From a virus, in the IMG/VR virus record IMGVR_UViG_3300046010_015054, positions 32,001-96,000 of that record: a stretch of 64,000 bases of DNA, one strand, 5' to 3'. The notes under the pieces are model-generated. The model searched no databases and was not told the DNA's origin. It saw only the letters and a program-made list of their open reading frames with translations. The position numbers were made by a program, and so were the translations under genes. Of this stretch, positions 17,991 through 26,600 are shown in pieces; the first letter of the stretch is position 1, and each line of letters begins with the position of its first letter.

Positions 17991-19363
17991 TATTTAAAAT
18001 TTTCAAGATAATACGTTAACTCTTCAGGGGTACCTAATCCCCACATATCATCTTTATCAATCATAAAACATGAAATATGTTTATCATCTTGAATAGCTTC
18101 ATTATATACAGGACAAACATAAAATTCATTATTTACCCTAATATTTTTAGAAATCATTTGTTCAGCATATTTTACAAAGTCTGAACCTTGTTTCCAGTAA
18201 TACATTCCAACTGTTGCATTATCTGAGATTGGGTTTTTTTCTGCTACTTCGGTTACTCTATTATTTTCATCTACTTTAGCAAATGACCATTTAGGATGAG
18301 TGCCTTTAAAACATAAAATACCTCCATCAACACTAGTTTCATTCATTTTATAAAAGAATTCATTTGAATCCCAAATAATATGTTGATCTGAATTAGCAAA
18401 CAAAAGTGGAGAATCATTATCAATATATTCTTTAGCTAATAAAGCAGTACAAGCAGCACCTTCGGTTACACCATCTACTTCTATAATTTTACATCCTGGA
18501 GTAAGTAAATTGAGTAGAGTATCTAAGTTGTATTTTTCTCTATGTTCTTTTTGTACTGCATAGATAAAATTAGCTTTAATGTTAAGCATTTCAACTACAA
18601 CTTGAATCATAGGTTTACCTTTAACATCAATTAAAGGTTTAGGGAATGTATAACCCGCTTGAGCAAATCTAGAACCTGCTCCAGCCATTGGTATAATTAC
18701 ATTTAATTTATTATCTCTCCAAGCAGGTGATTTCATGACGTATCCTTTTTCTATTTCTGTTAATTTATTAAAAATATTTGTATAAGTAACTTCTTTTGGA
18801 TTTTTTACTCTTAAAATATGTGATTTACTTCTTGAAGCTGCTAATAATCCATAAGGTGAATCTTCTACAATAAGTGTTTCTTCTGGGAGGCAACTCATCA
18901 TAGAAATAGCCTTCCAATACATTTCAGGGTGTGGTTTGCTATTTTTAACGTCTTCGTTAGAAATAACTAAATCCATAAATTCCATTATCCCTAACTTAGA
19001 AAGTACAGTTAATACTGTTTTTCGAATGCTATTAGAACAAACTGCTAGTTTATAACCGCTTTCAGATAAAGATGACATCATTAATTGAAATTCTTCATTC
19101 GGTTTAAGGGCACGAAGTTCTTCTAAAGTATATTTTTGTTTATCTTCCCAAACTTTAGAATGTAATTCAACTGGTAAACCTTTTTCCTTAGTTAACATTT
19201 CAAGTTTTTGATTGGTTTTTAAACCATCATATTTACTTAAATGTTCTTTCCAACTAATAGAATATTCATTCCCTAAAGCTTTATTTAGGGCTTCATAATG
19301 AAGATTTTTAGCTTCAACTAATACTCCATCTAAATCAAAAATAATTAACTTTATCATTTCCAC
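17990..19363 (-). CDS. HAD-IA phosphatase fused to sugar-phosphate nucleotidyltransferase
   Basis: N-term FDLDGVL, SNS, KPHPE, EDS; C-term IPMAGAGSRF, PKPLI, TEGAACT, NSD, EK, EFYV, GLGTPE. Confidence 0.85.
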   Translation of the reverse strand: MEMIKLIIFDLDGVLVEAKNLHYEALNKALGNEYSISWKEHLSKYDGLKTNQKLEMLTKEKGLPVELHSKVWEDKQKYTLEELRALKPNEEFQLMMSSLSESGYKLAVCSNSIRKTVLTVLSKLGIMEFMDLVISNEDVKNSKPHPEMYWKAISMMSCLPEETLIVEDSPYGLLAASRSKSHILRVKNPKEVTYTNIFNKLTEIEKGYVMKSPAWRDNKLNVIIPMAGAGSRFAQAGYTFPKPLIDVKGKPMIQVVVEMLNIKANFIYAVQKEHREKYNLDTLLNLLTPGCKIIEVDGVTEGAACTALLAKEYIDNDSPLLFANSDQHIIWDSNEFFYKMNETSVDGGILCFKGTHPKWSFAKVDENNRVTEVAEKNPISDNATVGMYYWKQGSDFVKYAEQMISKNIRVNNEFYVCPVYNEAIQDDKHISCFMIDKDDMWGLGTPEELTYYLENFK

Positions 19364-19716
19364 TTATTTCTCATAACTAGCTGGGCAATGATTCCATAGT
19401 TTGAAATGTCAATAAAACTATCAATTGCGGCTTCTCCTGCTACGTAATTTTTACCATTACGCTTAAGAATATTCTTTAAGCGATTGATTTTATCATTACA
19501 GCGAAGCCAGATGCCTGTGATTGAAAGGTTTATATCATCTTGGTCTTCGAGTGTTGAGCCCAAAGCAATATTACCTAGACCGTAATCCATCATTTTAGCA
19601 GCGAACAATTCATATTGTTCCTCTTGAATTTGCTTAAATTCAGCTGCTAATTCAGGGTATGTTTTTTGAAAATCTGTAACTGCTTTTGAATTACCGTAAC
19701 CTGCTTGTTCTTCCAT
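19354..19716 (-). CDS. DUF1599 / nucleotide-modification-associated all-alpha domain protein
   Basis: K-x2-DYG, R-x2-DK-x2-R, D-x3-D-x2-NY pattern. Confidence 0.7.
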   Translation of the reverse strand: MEEQAGYGNSKAVTDFQKTYPELAAEFKQIQEEQYELFAAKMMDYGLGNIALGSTLEDQDDINLSITGIWLRCNDKINRLKNILKRNGKNYVAGEAAIDSFIDISNYGIIAQLVMRNKWK

Positions 19717-19717
19717 T

Positions 19718-20395
19718 TTATTTATTGTTTATGTAAATTATAACTTCATTATAGTATTCTATAAAATGCTCATTCCACAAATCCCATTTTATATCTATCC
19801 CATCTACAGAATATACAGCATGATTTGGAAAAAGCCTAAGGAAAACATCCCTAAATACTCTAAATTGTTGTTTTAGTTCTGGGGTAGATAGATGCCATTC
19901 ACCTACTGCTACTCCTAGATTATCTTTTAACCAACAAAGATTTTCAAAATTAAAAATACTATATTCTCCTCCTTCACAATCTGTTTTAAGAAAATCTATC
20001 TTATTAATATTATTTTCTTTTAGTAAAGTTTTAAATGAAATACCCTCTAATGTTGAAGATTTTGTTGGATCAAAAATTTCAGTAGTAGCTAATTCACCAT
20101 CAGTAGGTGTTATAGCTTTTTTAATAATAGTAACAGGACCTCCTTGTGTATTTTTTTCTAAAGTAGGGTGTTCAATTACTGATGGTTCTATACAAAATAC
20201 TTTAGATGGATTTTTATGAAGTATAGAATAAGTAAAAGGACCAATGCTAGAACCAACATCTAATACAATATCACCTTCTTCAACTTCAAAAAACTTTTCG
20301 TATAAATTTTGTTCAAAAATTTCAAATGTAATAGCCTTTTGGTGAAAAGCATCTCCTTCAGCCATCCAACCCCAGTCAAAACCTTTTAAATCCAT
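19718..20395 (-). CDS. FkbM-family methyltransferase
   Basis: VLDVGSSIG, CIEP, IDFLKTDCEGGE, GEWH. Confidence 0.85.
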   Translation of the reverse strand: MDLKGFDWGWMAEGDAFHQKAITFEIFEQNLYEKFFEVEEGDIVLDVGSSIGPFTYSILHKNPSKVFCIEPSVIEHPTLEKNTQGGPVTIIKKAITPTDGELATTEIFDPTKSSTLEGISFKTLLKENNINKIDFLKTDCEGGEYSIFNFENLCWLKDNLGVAVGEWHLSTPELKQQFRVFRDVFLRLFPNHAVYSVDGIDIKWDLWNEHFIEYYNEVIIYINNK

Positions 20396-20396
20396 A

Positions 20397-20813
20397 TTAA
20401 AGTTTTTTAATTAACTTATCTTGTTCTTTAACGTCAACTCCCATTTCCCACAAAATATGTCGAACACCTGGTTCTCGAATTATATCAATATAGTGATCAG
20501 CTTCACCTAAACTACATTCATAATATTTTGCTATGTATTCTACTACTTCTTGTGGTTTTATTTTTTTATTTGATTTAGTGTATTTTAAAAATACATTTTT
20601 CTTGGGAATCATTTGACAATAAATGGTATAATATTTTTCTTTTTCGGTAAACGGGATTGTTTGGACATAATTTACAAATTCTATATAATTAACATCCATC
20701 GATAAATACCGATTAATCATGAAAACATTAAAAGACTCGCGATCTTTCTCAGAAAAATTTTCCCAAGGTGTTTTATTGGTTGTTATTTCTTTTAACCAAT
20801 CAAACAAATTCAT
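20397..20813 (-). CDS. clamp loader small subunit (T4 gp62-like)
   Basis: FDWLKEI, FMINRYLS, IAKYYECS...A pattern; adjacent to gp44-like gene. Confidence 0.7.
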   Translation of the reverse strand: MNLFDWLKEITTNKTPWENFSEKDRESFNVFMINRYLSMDVNYIEFVNYVQTIPFTEKEKYYTIYCQMIPKKNVFLKYTKSNKKIKPQEVVEYIAKYYECSLGEADHYIDIIREPGVRHILWEMGVDVKEQDKLIKKL

Positions 20814-21069
20814 TGTACTCGTCTTGTAAATCCTTAGGTAAAGTATCTTTTAGAATTTTACCACTAGTTACATCATAAAATACGGGGATAGGGATAATAG
20901 CATCCTCTGCAGTTCCGGTCATAAATTTAGAAGCTTTGCGAAGAATAAGACCTTCAGCAAATACTACATTACCATCTTCTGATTTTACGATTTCTGTATT
21001 TTTTAGATTAATATTTAATCTAGGTTGTTCTGTGTTTTTCATGAGTTTTCTTTTTTGTGTTTTAACCAA
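20800..21069 (-). CDS. hypothetical protein
   Basis: Co-directional ORF coupled to its neighbours; probable start near 21042 (MKNTEQ). Confidence 0.55.
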   Translation of the reverse strand: MVKTQKRKLMKNTEQPRLNINLKNTEIVKSEDGNVVFAEGLILRKASKFMTGTAEDAIIPIPVFYDVTSGKILKDTLPKDLQDEYNEFV

Positions 21070-21263
21070 TCTAAATAAAAGCCTATTCCTACTATTATAT
21101 TCATCCCAAAGGAAGCTATAATTTCATATAAATCTTCATATACATTTGTTGTTAGGTGAACGTGTCCTACCATCCAAAAAGGTATTGACAAATTACCACT
21201 AATCCAACTTAATGTATATGAGATAAATTTTTTCATAGAGCTTGAATAACTTTTGCAATACAA
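21039..21263 (-). CDS. small membrane protein
   Basis: Two hydrophobic segments; probable start at MKKFIS overlapping the gp44-like stop. Confidence 0.5.
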   Translation of the reverse strand: MYCKSYSSSMKKFISYTLSWISGNLSIPFWMVGHVHLTTNVYEDLYEIIASFGMNIIVGIGFYLDWLKHKKENS

Positions 21264-22138
21264 GCCATGATATTAATTTCTTTATCTATTCTAAAATTAG
21301 CATGATATTGATATTCTTCAAGAATAATTGTTATAACTCCCTCGTTCCCTCCAGCATATGTTGAAGCTTTCTCGTAAAGTGCTTTAAATAATTCATCATA
21401 ATCATTAATATTAGAATCTGTAATTATCTGGCGGATATTTTTCCAGTTTTTACTGGTTTTAAGTTCGTTTATAACTTGCTCAATGTAATTATTCGATACA
21501 AGTATTGATTTATCTAAAGTAAGTTTATTATCAATTGTAGATAATTGAGCTGTACCTAAAATTTTACGAACATCTGGGTAAAATTGTTTAACAATAGTGC
21601 CTAATGATTCTTTATCCCAATCAATATTTTCTTTATCTAAAATACCTGCTACGTGTCGCGCAACATCCTTCATTGAAGGAGGTATAATTTTAAGTACCTG
21701 ACAACGTGATTGAAGAGGGTCAATAATACGCTCAACAAAGTTACAAGTTAAAATAAAACGAGTACTTCGTGAAAAAGTTTCAATAACACTTCTTAATGAA
21801 GCTTGGGCTTGAATTGTTAAGAAATCTGCTTCGTCTAAAATAACTACTTTGAGTGGTTTGAACGAAGCAACCGAAGCAAAACCGGACACTTTGTCCCTAA
21901 TTGTTTCAATTCCTCTTTCGTCTGAGGCATTGATGTAAAGATGGTCACAATTAAGGTTATTAACAATGAGCTTAGCAAGAGTAGTTTTGCCAGTTCCAGC
22001 GGGTCCATAAAATATAAGATTTTGAATGTCGTTCTGTTCTAAATATTTAGAAATTGTCAGTTTGACATTCTCATTTCCTACATATTCATCAAGGGTTTTA
22101 CTTCGGTACTTCTCAACAAGTAAAGTATGTTCTTTCAT
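21233..22138 (-). CDS. clamp loader large subunit (T4 gp44/RFC-like AAA+)
   Basis: VEKYR, GPAGTGKTT, NASD, LDEAD, SRC motif. Confidence 0.95.
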   Translation of the reverse strand: MKEHTLLVEKYRSKTLDEYVGNENVKLTISKYLEQNDIQNLIFYGPAGTGKTTLAKLIVNNLNCDHLYINASDERGIETIRDKVSGFASVASFKPLKVVILDEADFLTIQAQASLRSVIETFSRSTRFILTCNFVERIIDPLQSRCQVLKIIPPSMKDVARHVAGILDKENIDWDKESLGTIVKQFYPDVRKILGTAQLSTIDNKLTLDKSILVSNNYIEQVINELKTSKNWKNIRQIITDSNINDYDELFKALYEKASTYAGGNEGVITIILEEYQYHANFRIDKEINIMACIAKVIQAL

Positions 22139-22147
22139 ACTTAGAAG

Positions 22148-23803
<1,656 letters not shown>

Positions 23804-24094
23804 TTATTTATTAATTTTTGCTAAAATATCATTTTCTTTACCAATCCAGTATTCTTCACCTTGATATTCAAATTTGGTAAATCCTAATGCAGGTAATACA
23901 ACAATATCTCCTACTTCGAGGATAGTTTTAACAAATTTTCCATAACCTGATTCAAAACCAGGGCCAATAGAAATAACTTCTGCTGTTTTATTTCTTTCAC
24001 TACCCAAATCAGGTACAATAATATTACCATAAAGAGTTTCTTCCAATTCAATTGGTTTTACTATAATGGCATTAAATAGGGCTTCTAATTTCAT
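23804..24094 (-). CDS. groS: co-chaperonin GroES
   Basis: 96 aa; GNIIVPD mobile loop, VISIGPG, VGDIV, ENDILA; directly upstream of groL. Confidence 0.93.
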   Translation of the reverse strand: MKLEALFNAIIVKPIELEETLYGNIIVPDLGSERNKTAEVISIGPGFESGYGKFVKTILEVGDIVVLPALGFTKFEYQGEEYWIGKENDILAKINK

Positions 24095-24378
24095 AACTCT
24101 GTTAGTTTACTTAATCTATCAATTATTTTATTATATTCTTTAATGAATTCTTTTACACTTTCGTAACTACCTTTTTTAACTTCACTTTTAGCAATTGCCT
24201 TTAAACAACTACCAAAATCAGAGAAAAACCCTAAAGTGTTTTGATATTCTTTACCACTTTCTTGGGCTACAATTATTTCTTGTACTGCATAGCAGTAGTC
24301 ATCTAATTGTATAAAATAAGGTTCGAGAGCAGGATCTTTAATGTACCGGATTCCTGTCGGTTTTTGGTTGTCACTCAT
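24091..24378 (-). CDS. hypothetical protein
   Basis: First gene after the promoter at 24397-24427; overlaps the groS start. Confidence 0.6.
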   Translation of the reverse strand: MSDNQKPTGIRYIKDPALEPYFIQLDDYCYAVQEIIVAQESGKEYQNTLGFFSDFGSCLKAIAKSEVKKGSYESVKEFIKEYNKIIDRLSKLTEL

Positions 24379-24396
24379 AAACTTTTTAATTATAAC

Positions 24397-24427
24397 CGAA
24401 GATACGAAAAGACCTAATACCCGGCAA
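24397..24427 (-). promoter_or_regulatory. Bacteroidota-type housekeeping sigma promoter (-33/-7)
   Basis: TTG-N20-TATCTTCG on the minus strand upstream of the groES/groEL transcription unit. Confidence 0.6.
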
Positions 24428-24447
24428 GCTAAAGTACGAGGTCTTTT
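24407..24447 (-). terminator. inverted repeat AAAAGACCT/AGGTCTTTT, possible terminator after clamp gene
   Basis: 9-bp perfect inverted repeat with a 23-nt spacer immediately after the clamp stop; overlaps the promoter. Confidence 0.4.
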
Positions 24448-24454
24448 ATAAATA

Positions 24455-25201
24455 TTAAAGATCTGCTTTTCTTACTAAAAAGTAAGTACTTTCAATATTT
24501 TCGTTTTCAAATTGCAATTTTAATAACCCTTGAGTGTTTAAACTCATGTGAGCTGTTTCAAAATCTTTATTATTACTTAATATAGTTTTAAGAATGTCAG
24601 AATTAAACGGAATTACAAAATCCATAGTTCCATTTGATAAAGAAACATCTTGAATTATATAATTAATTTTATTAGAATGTTCTGAATTGTCTCCAAAGAT
24701 TAATTCTAATACAGCTTCACCATCAAAATTTCTACCTACATTAAAAATAACATTATCACTATCTAAAGCTGATTTTGCTCTAATAATGTTATCTACTATT
24801 TCTTTAGTTAAATCACAATTAATCTCAAATGTAAAATTATCAGTAGGTTCATTTAATTTTTTAAACTGGTTAAGTAAAATATCACCTAGTGGATAATGTA
24901 GTGTGTAATTGGTATCTGAAAATGAAAGTTTAGTAAATACTTTATTTATAGAATCTAATTTTAATTCTATTAATCCTGTTGTTACTGCAAGTAATTTATT
25001 AAGTTTACTTGTATCAGTTATACCAATTTCACAATTATTTAAAGGAAAATTTTTATGGCATATTTTACCAATCATTTCCTTATTAGGTGATTTAAAACTA
25101 ATATTTAATTTTTTATCACTTACTTCCCACCTAACAGCTTCATTAAGACCTCCCAAAAAATATTTTGAAATAATTGATTGGAGTTCACTTTTATTAATCA
25201 T
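24455..25201 (-). CDS. DNA sliding clamp (gp45/PCNA-like)
   Basis: 248 aa with alternating beta-alpha pattern, GLLKLQF...STYFLV C-terminus; lies between polymerase and clamp loader. Confidence 0.75.
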   Translation of the reverse strand: MINKSELQSIISKYFLGGLNEAVRWEVSDKKLNISFKSPNKEMIGKICHKNFPLNNCEIGITDTSKLNKLLAVTTGLIELKLDSINKVFTKLSFSDTNYTLHYPLGDILLNQFKKLNEPTDNFTFEINCDLTKEIVDNIIRAKSALDSDNVIFNVGRNFDGEAVLELIFGDNSEHSNKINYIIQDVSLSNGTMDFVIPFNSDILKTILSNNKDFETAHMSLNTQGLLKLQFENENIESTYFLVRKADL

Positions 25202-25204
25202 AAC

Positions 25205-26134
25205 TTATATATTAAAAAACATTGTAATGTAAGGGTTAAGATTTAAACTCCAACCCAAATCATGATAAAAACCTTCTAATTTACTTTCAAGAATAGACTC
25301 AAAAGATTTATTTTTATTTGCGTACTTATTTAAAAGATCTTTTATTTTATCAGGCATATCAAAATCAAGAAAAGCAAGTGCCTCTATTTTATAAGGATTA
25401 TCTTTTAAGTAAATCCATTTTACTTTATCACCTTGTACAATACGAGAATGTTGCTTATCTAAGCCCCAAAATGATAATAAATCATTATATTTAATAGCAG
25501 CTTTAACTGAAGCAGGTGCTCCTTGTTTAATAGCAGAGAACATTTCACCTTTTTTAGCTTTACGTTCAATGTATTTATCTAAAGTTTTAACTGAAGTAGG
25601 GTTACCTAAAATAGCAATATCTAAATCTTTAGAAAGAATATAATTTTTAAAATCTAAAAGTAATTTATCAATTTCTTTTTGATCAGATCCTTTTAGTACT
25701 TTTTCTAAGATTGAATTAAAGAATTTACCAAATATTGGAGGGAAATTAGCTTTCATAAACTCTAACCCTTTAATATCTAATTCTTCTTTAGTTACACCTT
25801 CTTTTTTAGTAATCCATTGAGCATATCTACGAGTAGCTCTAAAATAGGCCGAACGAATAACTGCTTCAGTTTTCATTTCAAATCGGTGTTCTTTAATATT
25901 GAATACTTCTTCAGCCATTTGTTGGTAGTACCCCGTAATTAAATCTTGGTATTTAAGGGCAATCTTTTCTAATGCTTCATCTCTTTCTGCTTCAGACATC
26001 TCATCAAAATTAGGATAAAGATGCTTTAATAAAGGCTCTGCATTATAATAGTTAGAATCCGTATCTACATAAGCACAGAAATTCACGTCATCTTCTTTAC
26101 AGATGAACCACGGAGTACCTTCTAAATGAATCAT
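25205..26134 (-). CDS. family B DNA polymerase, C-terminal subunit (motif C, thumb)
   Basis: YVDTDS motif C, RRYA (KKRY-equivalent), IKGLE, GDKVKWIYLK. Confidence 0.9.
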   Translation of the reverse strand: MIHLEGTPWFICKEDDVNFCAYVDTDSNYYNAEPLLKHLYPNFDEMSEAERDEALEKIALKYQDLITGYYQQMAEEVFNIKEHRFEMKTEAVIRSAYFRATRRYAQWITKKEGVTKEELDIKGLEFMKANFPPIFGKFFNSILEKVLKGSDQKEIDKLLLDFKNYILSKDLDIAILGNPTSVKTLDKYIERKAKKGEMFSAIKQGAPASVKAAIKYNDLLSFWGLDKQHSRIVQGDKVKWIYLKDNPYKIEALAFLDFDMPDKIKDLLNKYANKNKSFESILESKLEGFYHDLGWSLNLNPYITMFFNI

Positions 26135-26355
26135 TCTATTACTTGAATTTCGCCTAAATTATCAGACGGAATATAATATTTAAAATCATACCCATCAAGC
26201 CATTCAGTAACAATTTTCTGCATAGCAGAAGACTTACCAGTGATAATTTTAGTATTTTTAAATTCTTGAGAATGCCAAAAGAAAAAATCAACTAATTCTT
26301 TCTCAACATCCTCATGTTTAACACCATGTAAATCTAGGGTTCTTTGTGTTTTCAT
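26131..26355 (-). CDS. stand-alone Smr-domain protein
   Basis: TLDLHG, IITGKS, NLG motifs of the MutS2 C-terminal Smr domain. Confidence 0.85.
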   Translation of the reverse strand: MKTQRTLDLHGVKHEDVEKELVDFFFWHSQEFKNTKIITGKSSAMQKIVTEWLDGYDFKYYIPSDNLGEIQVIE

Positions 26356-26600
26356 TCTTCATCAAATACTTCTAAAGGTTGTTCTTCTTCTCCTTTAGAA
26401 TTATAAATGGTTTCTAGAGCAAAAATAGTAAATTTTTTACCTTTAATTTTAAAAGTACCTCCTTGTTTTAACATTTTCTTTAATAAAGAGGTTTCTTTAT
26501 CTGACCAATTTAAAGTAAGATTAATTAATTGATCTTTATTTAATTGTTCTCCATCACAAAATATAGTGACTCCGTTTCGAATTGATTGTTTTGATATCAT
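26352..26600 (-). CDS. hypothetical protein
   Basis: ATGA overlaps on both sides; lies between the two polB halves. Confidence 0.6.
   Translation of the reverse strand: MISKQSIRNGVTIFCDGEQLNKDQLINLTLNWSDKETSLLKKMLKQGGTFKIKGKKFTIFALETIYNSKGEEEQPLEVFDEE

Noticed and set aside
24379-24454. CIRCE/HrcA operator upstream of groESL
   Set aside because: The inverted repeat present (AAAAGACCT-N23-AGGTCTTTT) does not match TTAGCACTC-N9-GAGTGCTAA
26134-26597. Intein or group I intron interrupting polB
   Set aside because: No intein terminal residues or LAGLIDADG/HNH motifs; the gap is fully occupied by two coupled ORFs with ATGA overlaps
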